Source of the DNA: Octopus sinensis
Lineage: Eukaryota
NCBI RefSeq assembly: GCF_006345805.1
Contig: NC_042999.1
Span: 140,678,001-140,742,000 of the forward strand
Reading direction: 5' to 3'
Length of the DNA: 64,000 nt
Shown: piece after piece, positions 26,341-38,670 of the stretch
Layout of the letters: each line of letters starts with the position of its first letter
Position numbering within the stretch: position 1 is the stretch's first letter
The notes under the pieces: generated by a model
What the model saw: the letters and a program-made list of their open reading frames with translations, nothing else
The model's database searches: none
Told to the model about the DNA's origin: nothing
Program-made: the position numbers and the translations under genes

Positions 26341-27766
26341 CTACTTAATTTTCAAATATCTATATTTCTACTTGTTTTACATATGCTTCTTCAGAGGGAG
26401 AAAGAAAATTGTCATTTCAAAGAAAAGTAGAAGTTTCACAGGCCACATGGATGAAAAGTTAGCACATTCAGCCACAATACTGCATATGACAGTTGTGGTT
26501 CTTTGAATTATAAATACAGTGCATCCAGCAGGCTTTCACACTCTTTTCATTTACTGGTTACCAAATATCAGTCACAAAGCTTTATTCTATCCTGGGCTTT
26601 GAGATTGCAAAGTGAACTTGATAACCATTTGTCCATACCTGTATCAACATATAAGCACACACACACATTGAAGCTTCTCATACAAATTTTACAAGGATGA
26701 TTCCTTCGTGTTATCCATCACAAAAATCATAAATAGTAGTTCATATGTGAACTGAACTTTTTGTGGATAGTGTCCATAGTTTTGTGTTTTTGTAAACTTC
26801 AATGTTATAGTAATCAATACTACACCACACCACAACACATACAGAAAATTCAAGAGCTGAAAGCAAAGTCACATAATCATAAATGAAACATAGAAATCAA
26901 GCGGCGGCGGCAGCTTCTCCTCCTCCTACAACTACTACTAATAATAAGCATACTATTTATAATAATAAGTAGTAGTAGTAGTAGTAATAATAATAATAAT
27001 ATAATAATAATAATGTTAATAATAACAGCAACAACAAATTATAATGAAAACTGAAGTGGGAGAAAAGAATTTAATCAATTTGTTATGGAAGCACATTGAT
27101 TTTACTCTTTTGAAGATGATATTGATAGAGAAAAATGATTGATTGATGTGAGATTTATCTGATACTTAGTAAAACTTTCCTTAGACATCAACTTATTAAT
27201 GATAGATTGTAAATAGTACCAAAACAGCAACAATATTTCTAACAAAACCATTTTTTGAGACATTAAAAAAAATATTATTGAAGTACAGCAACAATAAAGT
27301 TAAAGTGCTCATATAACACTGCTTGCCTCAGCCTGACTCAGACAAAATATAAAATACTTCCAATAGCAACAAGATTACTTAAAGGCCAGTACTAAGCTTT
27401 GACTTTATAGCATTAAGGATATGAGAAACCTTCATATGATGTCAATCTATCATCGTTAACTATCCAAGAAAAACTGGTATAGATTCTTGATAGTAATGAG
27501 AATTGATGTATGTAAAATTAAGTGTACAGATCAAAAACAACAAAATACCACCCATAGAATTTTAAACCAAAGGTTCACAAGCTGATAGACCAATATATTG
27601 CTTACTCAGCCATTCTAGTCCTCCTCAGTCTATCTTAATGTTTCTTTGACCGTGTCACCCAATTTCTTTATACTTTAAGTACATTTGTATGAATTCTGAA
27701 TAATAATACAAATTGTATTATTTAAAATTCTGCAATATTCCCACAACTACCTACAATACTCTAGAG

Positions 27767-28100
27767 CAGAGGTTCTCAACCATTTTTTTTTTTATCTATG
27801 GGTCTCTTTGATTACTTTTCTATTCTAGTAGACCTCCAATGCCATTCAATGTTTAAAATTAAGTTTTATAGAAATTTCTTTCAAAATTCCTATTTGGTTT
27901 TTCACACAATCACTTATGTAGGTTGAGCTAGGAGAAAGAAATTTAGCTGTTTCTTGCAATAAATACATCTAAATCAAAACTTGTTCATGGACCCATAATA
28001 TACTACTGTGTATCTCCAATTTACTATTTTGCATGTGTGCATCCACAAAAATCCAATATGGACCTTCAAAGGTCATGTGGATCCTGGTTGAAAACCACTG
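27767..28100. mobile_element. hAT (Charlie-like) MITE, 334 bp
   Basis: TIRs CAGAGGTTCTCAACC / GGTTGAAAACCACTG; perfect TSD CTCTAGAG at 27759-27766 and 28101-28108 (Charlie-type target). Confidence 0.9.
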
Positions 28101-28974
28101 CTCTAGAGTTAATTCTCAAACTAACAAATCCAGACTCCACCAACATCAGTGAAATTTATTGCCCTTCTCTACCTCTCTGTTAATGACAAAATAACACTTG
28201 CATTAACATACATCTCTTTTATTTTTGAATATTTAAAACCATCTAGTTTGTTTAAAAAAAAGGCAATCTGTCCATTCTTTTTCAATCTTCATAGCTCCCA
28301 CACTCAGCCCCATAAGAAACATCTTAGGGTGTTACAACATGTAGGTTAAAAAACACTGACCTAACTAACTGAAAATAAATGAAAGTGTTGAATGGCTGCC
28401 CACAACAGAAAATGGTCTCTCAAGACTGAATACAAATAATCCAGTACTCTAGCCATTTAATATTTCATCTCTACAAGTCTTATCTTTTTTCACATTCCAT
28501 ATGAATAACCACAGTTCTTAATTTCCAGTTTTGTCATTGATTCATTAATAATGTTATCATTGGGTCTAGTCAGCATTTTCTAAAGATGTGCTAAAATTTA
28601 TCAGCTATAAAAATAAACATCATTTAATAAAATTCTTGCAGTTTTGCTATGAGTATTCAGATAATTTCAGATGAATCTTTATACACAAAATATTCTCTCT
28701 TCTTTTGCAGTAACAATCAGTCTATAAACTTTCAGTTTTACTTTATCATTTACATTCAAAGCCTCAGCTTTACCAATGATTTGTGACATCGCTTTGATCT
28801 TTTTAATCTGAGGGTGTTAGGTTACACAACCACATTATAACTGTGCACCTTACTACATTCAATAAAGAAATTCAAGGTAAATAGTAACAGGCAGGTACCA
28901 CACCAGGATAGGAATCCAAACCTCCCTTTGTGTTCTATTGAAAAGTAAAGCAATAAAAAGTAAAAATGACTTAC

Positions 28975-29114
28975 CCAATAACTACAATTATAAAATCTAG
29001 AATGTTCCATCCGTTGCGTAAATATGCTCCTGGATGTAACACAAATCCATAGGCTATGATCTTCATGGCACATTCTAGTGTGAAGATCACAAGGAATACA
29101 TATTCTACATTTTC
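28975..29114 (-). CDS. Cav1: Internal coding exon of an L-type voltage-gated calcium channel alpha1 subunit (Cav1; domain I S2-S3; equivalent to vertebrate CACNA1C/D exon 4)
   Basis: Minus strand: pyrimidine tract ttttattctttatttttcag | [46 protein letters not shown](G) | gtaagt. 140 nt, phase 0 in, phase 2 out. YLRNGWNxLDF is the Cav domain I S3 signature. Missed by the ORF track. Confidence 0.95.
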
Positions 29115-29846
29115 CTGAAAAATAAAGAATAAAATAAAATAAAACACATGGCTTAGCTGTTAAAAAAATTCAAGAATTATACTGATTTACTTCTGTTTAT
29201 GAAATATACAATAACATGATGTAAAATAATTTAATTCTGCAATGAAATGGCAAAATTTAGTCATTAGGAAATTTATAAAAAAGTTAGAGACTTCCTTTGT
29301 AACAACCATTTAAGTTTGACATAATTGGCATAAAGCTAACATATATAACTATAAAAAAAAATTATTTCCTCTAAATTTCAATACTTTTGGAATGAGATTT
29401 TGTAGTTTAGGATTTTCAGACTGTTAACTTCATGTTTTATATTCATGTTTTCTACAATATGCTTTGATTGATGCATTATCTTATTGTCTTCAGGTGGTTC
29501 TTTCTTTTTATCTCTATATAAAAGTAATGGAAAAGCATTCAACTTTAGTAATAATAATTACATATTTGCTATAGTTAGAGTTGCTAAATTACAAATTTAT
29601 AAAAACATCTATTGATGAAAAGATTGAATATTCTAGTAGCATCAAATTTATTACAAGTACACAGGGTTGACTAAGATCCCAAGTTCTACCAGTAGTGCAC
29701 TAGTAAATAGGAACAGAGACATTTGTAGATATGTATCCTTGAAAATATTCCTAAAATGGAGAAAGTGGGAATTTACTTCAGTATAAATAGCATTCTTCAA
29801 GGCAGTATCCCAACATGGGTGAAATCTAATAATGGTGGCATATATA

Positions 29847-30570
29847 CAGGGCGCGATGGGTAAATTGTCGACATTATATATTGTTAATTTCGCACATGTG
29901 CATTGTCTTTGACTTTGCTGACTATACAGTATGGTAGGGTCAGAAATTTGGAAATGACATGCTCTACAGAAATTTGGAAATGACATGCTGACAGAAATTT
30001 GGAAATGACATGCTCTACTGTTTGTCATTCATGCCAGAAGATAAAATACAAAGATTTCAGTGGTTGGGTGTCAATCTGAGGACATGTACTGAGAGTGATA
30101 AAAATCAAAAATCCAGTCAACATCATGTGATGGCGATGTTATACCTCCATTCATCTTCCCACACTGCCCCACACTCAACATGGAGGCCTATATCAAGTAC
30201 CAGGAGGAGGTAGTGCTGGCCTGGGTCAAGAGGGTAGCTGCTGGAAGACCCTATGTCTGGCAAAATCACTCCTAATATCTGGCCACTTAGCCCCTCAGTC
30301 TGCAACTCCCTTGAATATTATGTATGGCGTACAGATGAGCGAAGAACCAACAAAACTTTTTAACAAGGAGATTGTCCAGAAGAGTTTCAGCAGATTCCGA
30401 AGTTGACTGGAGACCGTGGTTGAAGCCAATGGCAATTTTATTGAATAAATTTACTCATTAGTATTTCAAGATATTTTTATGTAAGTTTGGTAAAAAATCT
30501 GTTAAAATGAGATGTCACTGTTATTTTTATTTTTGCATAATTTAGATGACAGTTTATTCACTGCACCCTG
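29847..30570 (+). mobile_element. Internally deleted Tc1/mariner-superfamily element (DD37D/maT-like)
   Basis: TA|CAGGGCGCGATGGGTAAATTGTC ... GACAGTTTATTCACTGCACCCTG|TA; remnant PPFIFPH, EEVVLAWVKRVAAGRPYVWQ, ITPNIWP, LEYYVW, VVEANGNFIE; 3x ~26-bp tandem at 29940-30018. Confidence 0.8.
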
Positions 30571-30653
30571 TACATACATGTGTGTGTGTGTGTATGTGCA
30601 CGTGTGTGTGAGTGCATGTGTGTGTGTATGTGCATGTATATATTTATTTATAC

Positions 30654-30694
<41 letters not shown>

Positions 30695-32706
30695 CACACA
30701 CATATGTGTGTGGGTTTGTACACACACACACACACACAAGCATACATTATATGAGTGATATTTTCAACCAAGACGTTACAATTGTATCTGATTCTTCAAG
30801 TGTTTCAATTCTGTGTATTTACATAAATTTACTAGATTGCTGACATTTATTAATGGTTTTCCCCACTGTATTGAGGTGTTATTTTCTATCATTAATAAAA
30901 CTCAGCATTTTTGCCGACACGGATATGCTAGTATATATATATATATACATACATACATATATACCCCATAAGCAGCATTAAGTACTCTATCTTTTAACTA
31001 CTACTTGAAAATGTACAGGTGCATACATGTATATGAAGAAGAAAATATAGACACAGAAAACAGGAATGATAACATGAAAAATTGAAACCAAATTATAGTT
31101 CCATCCATTATATGTATATTACTATGAAAACCATACAATGATATTAATGCTATGTTTATGCAAAATATGGCTCATAAATGTTTTGCACAGAAAGAACCAA
31201 AACTGCTAAAATGACAAAAATATCATTCTGTTTTTAATTTTAAACCAAAATAATTCATAACGATTTCTTTATTTACAAATACACTAATAAAAATATTACA
31301 AAGAAGCAAGATGCAAAGAAACAAAAAATTGTATGAAATTTAACAGATTTGAACTGATGAGACTGAAAGAATAAACTAAATACTTTGGTGGATTTCAACG
31401 GGTAGTTTGTGCTGGTTACTCTCACCCTATTATTCATTAGTAAGATATAAGTAAAGAAAACAAAAGAAATATCTAAAAAAAAAAGCATAATGTTGAAATT
31501 GTTGTTAATAATGAACCTTTAGTATAATGAAAGGTTGGGTATCACTAAAGAATTTTTTAAAAATGGACATTCAACAAGACACATTTGTGCTTGCATAAAT
31601 TATGGTTATATATTAGTTTTAATGAGACAATCTTTCTTTTTTGGATTGACTTAAAATGCGATCTGACTGAAAAAAAAAAAATTAAAAATATCTTTAGGCA
31701 ATGGCAGATTAAATTAAATGAATAAAAAGTACAAATGAAAAATATATATAATTAAATTTTTAAAAATCTAATATTCCTTGGCAGTAAGCAACTGTCTTAT
31801 TTCTCATCTTAGTTGCATGCCAGTAAAATTAATTACTTTCATGGTGACTATTTTTCTTGAAATGTAAGAGTACATTTTGTAACACAACACTGCTAGTATT
31901 ACTGCTACAACATTACTGTTTACAAAACTGCTCAAAAATCCCTTAAGCAAAGTTTTGCAGCTATTGATTTCAGATTGAAAGGAAAAAGTTTTCTGATATT
32001 ATTACCATTATTTCAACGAGCAGGTTATAAACCTTCACAATCAAAATAGATGAGCTAACAACAGTGAACTTCCTTGGTCAAACTGTTTTCTGTCAAAGGA
32101 TTGGGTCAATTGATAGAATTTTCTTTATCAGAAGCACCCCACCTTCTTTTTCTGGCTATATTCAAAGTTGAATTTTTCACTGAAAGCAAACAAAATACCT
32201 ACATTTTACCACTGCTTTCTTGGAGTGATGAGCCATTCCATTTAAGTAGGCTATTATTTCACAATTTCTGCTTAGTATAACTGACACCAGACAAGCCAAT
32301 ACAAGAGCTTCTAGAAAGCTGCTCACTTTGCTTGAAATAATAACCACATTTCTCTCAAATCACATAATGCCCTCTTAGAACTGGGGTACATTGTTGGTAA
32401 TGGGAGGAATATTACCAGGGTTATTAGGGGAAGTTTCCCTAGTGCATGCATATTGGAATTAAAAGAAAAGCAGGCAGAAATGTGTAAGCTTTCTCTGAGG
32501 TAGTTGTGCTTATAGAACTGTAATGCTTGATAAGTGGAAGGAAGGATGATTTTGATAAGTTGATAGAGACCCTTTTGACAAGAGACCAAAAGGACCAGTG
32601 GTAGTTTTGGAGGTAGAGGGACTTGTGAGATGCGTGATGCATGAAGGTATTTCTCAGATGATGATATTGCAAGAGTTGCTTGTTAGACAAAAGCTGTCCA
32701 GTGTAT

Positions 32707-33566
32707 AGGGGTAGGTGATTCTCTAGAGCCCCCAAAATTACTACAGTGCTTAATGATCACCTCGAGAACTCAGTTTCCACAAAAACTGTTTGCCAGGAGC
32801 TGCACAAAGCCAGATTTCATGGGAGGGCTGCAATCAGAAAACCACTACTTTCAAAAACAAACATTGCAAAGCATTTAGAGTGGAGTAAAAACCTACAGAA
32901 TTGGTCCCTAGAGCAGTGGAAGAATGCTATTTTCTCAGGTGAGTCATCCTTTACCTTATTTCTGACCACTGGCCAAGCATGTGTGGAGACAGCCAAAAGA
33001 AGCATTTGACACAGACTGCCTTCTTCCATCTGTTAAACATGGAGGAGGATCTGTGATGGTCTGGGAGGCTATATCTTGGAAATCTGCCAGTCCAATGGTT
33101 TCCCTTCATGGCAGAATTAATATTCAAGACTATTTAAGCATTTTATCTGATCAAATTCATCCTATGGTTGCGGAACTGTTTCTGGAGGGAAATGCAATCT
33201 TTCAAGATGATAAAGCACCAATTCACACAGCTAAAGTTGTTACTGAATGGCACATGGAACATTCTAGTGAAGTTGAACATTTTATCTAGCCACCACAATC
33301 CCCAGTTCTCAATATTATTGAATATTTATGGTGCAGTTTAGAAAAACAAGTAAAGAGTTGATATCCTCCACCATCATTAATACAAGAACTGGAGACTGTT
33401 TTAGCTGAAGAATGGACAAAAATTCCTTTGGAAACAATTTAGACTTTGTATGAGTCCATACCTCATAGAATTGAAGCTGTAATTAATGACAAAGGTGGTC
33501 CTACCTCACAGCAAAATAAATTTATTTGAAATTTTAAGGTGTTTCTATTATTTTGTCCAACCCCTG
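32707..33566 (+). mobile_element. Tc1 (DD34E) transposon relic
   Basis: GRAAIRKPLLS, IFSGESSF, VKHGGGSVMVW, IFQDDKAPIH, PPQSPVLNIIE; right TIR TTATTTTGTCCAACCCCTG|TA; frameshift and stops; left end uncertain. Confidence 0.88.
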
Positions 33567-33622
<56 letters not shown>

Positions 33623-35174
33623 TTGCTGCAAAATGCATTTTTTAACATTTAATGCTTCTAATAAAAGATTGACAGAAACATTTCAGCATCAGCGAAAATG
33701 CCATTTGGTATATGTTTTGGCTATTTACATTCAGAAACCAAATCCTTCCAAAGCCAATATTGCTTTCCCTCCTTACAAGCTGGATAAAATAAAGTACCAG
33801 TCATATTGGCTAAGCCCTTTCCCTAAGAACTGCTAGCCTTATGCTTAAATTAGAAACAACTATAATTATTAATGACATTTACAGCCAATCTAACATTACT
33901 ATTCTGACTATATCAGAATCATAATCAGTAAAAACTAAGTAAAAATTAACAGTTAATCATTTATGTGATGATGATGATGACAATGATTATGAAGACAATG
34001 ATGAAGAAGAAAAAGATATGTCTCCAAGTTGAATATACTGTTAACAACAGTTGAATAGAAGACAAAGTGAAATTCTAAAATTTTTCATTTTTCTGTAATC
34101 AGTTTAATTATATCAATTTCAAATTTTTTTTTACAATCATCTACTTCTCCCAATTAAGCTAGATACATACTAAATTAATAATTGTTCTCAAAGACCATTT
34201 GAAGTGCTTTCAATGTAATAATACCCATGTCATTCAATTTTGTCATCATATTATATGTGCATATGCATGCATGCACACACATGCAGATATACATGTATCT
34301 GAACATTGTTGACTTGAATAAATAGTAGGTGTAAGAATACCCAGGAGTTTCTACACATTTTTCTAAAATATTTGAACAATACAGAATATTACATGCTTCT
34401 TGTATTCATTACGATTCCTGAAATGTTAGCTACAACACTTCTATTTCACTAATAGAACATTATTGAGCTTGACACTTTTTAGCTGGCATGTCAGTGTACT
34501 TAGTAGTAGCCAGCTATATACACATAGAATGCAACAAGCATGATGCAGCTGACAGGTTTTCATTATATGATAGTTGAATTAGTAAAAAAATATTTTAGTG
34601 CAGAATTTTTACTCTATTGTAATCTAATTCATATATTTCTGCTGCTTTTCTAAAGTTAAAAAAACAAAACAAACTCATATAAATATTTGAATAAACAACG
34701 TAAATAAATGTGAAATTATCAAAATGAAATTGAAACTATTGTAAGATAAATTTTTTAAAAAACATTTCCATAAAGATAAAATTTTACTCAGTAACAAAGG
34801 CAAATATTATGCAGAAGATTAAAGGTAACTACAAACTCCATGGCCTGTTGTGTGAAGTTTGTGATGAACCACTGGTAGTACATGTGATGGTTAATGTGTT
34901 AATGGTCTTCCCACCACTCACAAAAATTCCTATTACTCATCATCCAGACCCACAGTATTTCTACCAATTACCTTGTTTCCATGCCTTCAGCCACTACTCT
35001 CTTTCCCCCTTAAGGAAGTATACTGTATGCCTACATAACTGTAGTCTAATAACTAAAACCATTGAAAGGACAAATATATATAGATATATATATGTTATAA
35101 TCATCATCGTGATTTTAATGTCAACTTTTCTGTGGTTGTATGGTTAGATATATATACATATGTAATGTAAGTGT

Positions 35175-35828
35175 ACATGTTCAACAGAGAGCCAGTCTTC
35201 TGAGAGAGAAGTTAGGTGTAAGAGGAATTTGTCGTTGTGTGCAAGACAGGAGACTGCACTGGCTTGGTCATGTGCTGTGAATGGATGCTGATAGCTCCAT
35301 AAAGAAATACCGATCTCTCAAAGTGGATGGAGCATGCGGAAGTAGTAGAGCCAGGAAGATATGGAACAAAGTACTGAAGAACAACCTCAGAAAGCTGAAC
35401 TTCTCAGGTGAGATGACAAAGAACTGAGACAACTGGTGCTTGGCTGTACTCAAGAAGGCCCATACCCAGTAGCAAAAGTGTTAAGACCGATCCTTTTGGT
35501 TGTGTAGAGCACCCACAGTGGTTCCATATAAAAATGCCTGTGTGGTGACATGTAAAAGTGCCTGTACGACATCATGTAAAAGCGTCCATATGGTACCACA
35601 TAAAAACACCTGTGCAGTGCCACATAAAAGTACTTGTGTGGTGTTACGTAAAAAGCACCCACTACACTCTTGGAGTGGTTGGCATTAAGAAGGACATCCA
35701 GCTGTAGAAACCACGTGAAATTAGACTGGTATTTTTGCAGCCCCACCAGCTTGCCAGCTCTGGTCATACTGCCCAACCCATGCTAGCATGGACAACAGAT
35801 TTTAAATGATGATGATGATGATGATGAT
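35175..35828 (+). mobile_element. RTE ORF2 C-terminus plus 3' UTR with ~22-bp tandem units and (ATG)n tail
   Basis: LREKLGVRGI..RRLHWLGHVL; GTGGTTGGCATTAAGAAGGACATCCAGCTGTAGAAAC; ATG repeats to 35828. Confidence 0.8.
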
Positions 35829-36254
35829 ATATGTCTGTACATATGTACATACATACATATGTATGTATATACATATGTATAAAGCTATTCCAAATCATGC
35901 ACTGAGAATCTTCATATCTCACTCCGTTATCAAAAATATTGTCAACTGAATGCACATGTAAATGTAACAAGGGACATGGAAAGCACAACTAGAAGTGTAG
36001 TATTAGTGCAAGCATTATTTAGTCTTCTGTACAATAGCATATTTACTTTGTGAATACATGTGTGCAATATTGATTAGCAAGAGCCAATATTATAAATATT
36101 TGGACACTGAAATGTTTGAAAGACAGCAGAAATGAGAAATGTACACATATATCTTAATGTGTGTGTATACATACATATATACATATACATACATACATAC
36201 ACATATACATATACATACATACATACACATATATACATATATATATATATATAC

Positions 36255-36473
36255 TCTTTTTCCCTTTTACTCTTTTATTTGTTTCAGTCATTTCAATGCA
36301 GCCATGCTGGAGCATTGCCTTTGGCCAAACAAATTGACCCCAGGACTCATTCTTTCTAAGCCTAGTACTTATTTTATCGATCTCTTTTGCCAAACCGCTA
36401 AGTTACACACCAGAATCGCTTGCCAAGTGATAGTGAGGGACAAACACAGACACACAAATATATATACACACAT

Positions 36474-36562
<89 letters not shown>

Positions 36563-36730
36563 CACATACAACGGGCTTCTTTCAGCTTCCGCCTGCCAAA
36601 TCCACTCACGAGGCTTCATAAGGCCTGAGGCTATAGTAGAAGTCGCTTGCCCAAGGTGCCACGCAGTGGGATGGAACCCTGAACCATGTGGTTGGTAAGT
36701 AAGCTACTTTCCACACAGCCACTCTTGTAC
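36255..36730 (-). mobile_element. Octopus-type SINE with an internal (TA)n expansion
   Basis: Reverse complement of the 13688 family: tail at 36280-36310, GCTTGCCCAAGG core, head CCACACAGCCAC. Confidence 0.8.
36489..36556. repeat. (TA)n microsatellite, ~34 units; many similar TA/CA/GA tracts elsewhere (e.g. 1209, 5944, 19946, 30655, 33570, 46955, 51257, 58386)
   Basis: Directly visible. Confidence 0.95.
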
Positions 36731-36769
36731 CTATATTATATATATATATATATATAGAGAGAGAATTCA

Positions 36770-36960
36770 CAAAAAAAAAACAAAAAACAAAAGACGAAGG
36801 CAGGTGGTGTAGACAACAAACAGATGTATTAGTTTAACGCGCGGGAAATGAAAAAAGTCTTTAACGCTTTTCCACAGAAAGGAACACAGAAAGAAAGAGG
36901 GAGAGAAAATAAAGAATGTGTCGTGGCTAGCGATCTATCATGGCGAATGCCGGACAGATG
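36770..36960. mobile_element. Possible Penelope-like terminal-repeat remnant
   Basis: CpG-containing GGTGGTGTAGACAACAAACAGATGTATTAGTTTAACGC..AAAGTCTTTAACG resembles an octopus PLE-type repeat from memory only; no ribozyme core visible. Confidence 0.25.
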
Positions 36961-37623
36961 GGTCACACAGGAGGGCTAGGAAGAAGGGGAGATAATAAAG
37001 TAGTGGTGATCCCAAAATGAAGGTGTGCATCCGTGTGTATAAGAGAGCATGTATGTGCATGTGGAAGAGGGTTGGTGACCTTGACATGTGCATGTGTGCT
37101 GGGAAGTAGTCAGTGCTAGTGTGTGTGGTGGGGTGATATTATGTGGTGTTGTGTGGTATGGTAGTGTGTGGTGTAATGGTGTGGTGGGGGAGGCGAGAGT
37201 GGGGAAAGTAAGGGTGGGTGTGGATTAGGCTGAGGGTGGAGGTAGAGGTGGGGTATGGGGGAGTGGATGTAAGGGATGGGGTGGGGTAGGATGGGATGGA
37301 TAGGGAAGGTTGGGTTGGATTGCATGGAGTGGAGTTATGAGGGAGGGGTGATGATGAAGGGAGAGGGGGAAGGGTTAGGAGTGAAGAACTTACTGAGGCA
37401 GTCTTTCTGTGGCCATATGCCTTCCTAGTAAGGTACTATTTCCAAGTAAGGTACTATTCTTTCAAGCTCTTTGAATAACAAACAGCTCAATAGATAGAAA
37501 TGTTTTTACAGCAGATGTAAGCAACAATAACACATACTGACAATGTAACTGTTTTTATGATGTATGCAAACAACATTAGGACATCAGGAAGACATAAATG
37601 CACACACACACATGTATATATGT

Positions 37624-37667
<44 letters not shown>

Positions 37668-37671
37668 CATA

Positions 37672-38670
37672 CGAGATGGAATCAAAAAGTTCCTGGACTA
37701 GTTCAGTAGCGTACCAACAGATGGCAGTACATGGTTGTAGGTGCAGGGGAGCTAGCAGTGTGCTGAGTGACATCACTGTGTTTACCTCACAAGTTGTGAA
37801 ATTTGTATTTTTGTTATCATGTGTATACTGTAATCTGGGATTTTGTCATGGATAGGAAGTTGGAGCAAAGAGACAAGAAATTTTGTATTAAACTTGGGAA
37901 GTCAACTATAGAGACATTTAGCATGCTTCAGCAAGCTTACAGTGACAAGGCAATGGGTTATACACAATGTTTCAAGTGACATGGGTTCTTCAAAAATGGA
38001 AGAACATCCCTTGAAGATGATGAGTAATCTGGATGACCTATCACAAGCGACACCCCTGGAAATATGGAAAAACATTTATCAACTTGTGCTTGAGAGTTCA
38101 AGGACAATCAATGGCATTTTCGATGTTGTTGGTCTTCGGTATGGATCCGTGCAGGGAATCCTAATGTCTGAATTGAACATGTAGCATGTCTCTGCCAAGT
38201 TTGTCCTTTGCCTGCTGATTACTGAGCAGAAAGAACATTGTGTTGAAGTCTGTCAAGATTTCCATCAGTGTGCCACTGATGACCCATCCTTCATGTCAAG
38301 GATCATCACTGGTGATGAGAGCTAGGTTTATGGGTACAACTCTGTGATGAAGCAGCAGTTGTCACAATGGAAGAGCCCTTCATCTCCACAACTGAAGAAA
38401 GCATGACAGAACCACAGCTCTATCAAGAGCATGCTCATAATTTTTTTCAACATCCGTGGTATTTGTGCATTGAGAATTCGTCCCCCAGGGTTAGACCATC
38501 AATCAAGAATTCTGCTGTGATGTTTTGAAGCATTTGAGGGAGGACATATATGGTGAAAGTGACTGGATCTGTGGAGCACAAAGAATTAGGTTCTTCACCA
38601 CGACAATGCACCCTGTCACCAAGCTCTTCTCACTGAGTTTCTCACCAAAAACAATATGGCATCACTTCTA
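37672..38670 (+). mobile_element. mariner (DD34D) transposon relic, 3'-truncated
   Basis: TA|CGAG.. start; ATG 37848 MDRKLEQR, KLGKS..ET..MLQQAY, KNGRTSLEDDE, VSAKFV, SRIITGDES*VYGY, KSMLIIFF; many stops. Confidence 0.88.

Noticed and set aside
31354-31369. CTGATGAGACTGAAAG as a minimal hammerhead
   Set aside because: No stem I pairing and only 2 bp of stem III; chance match
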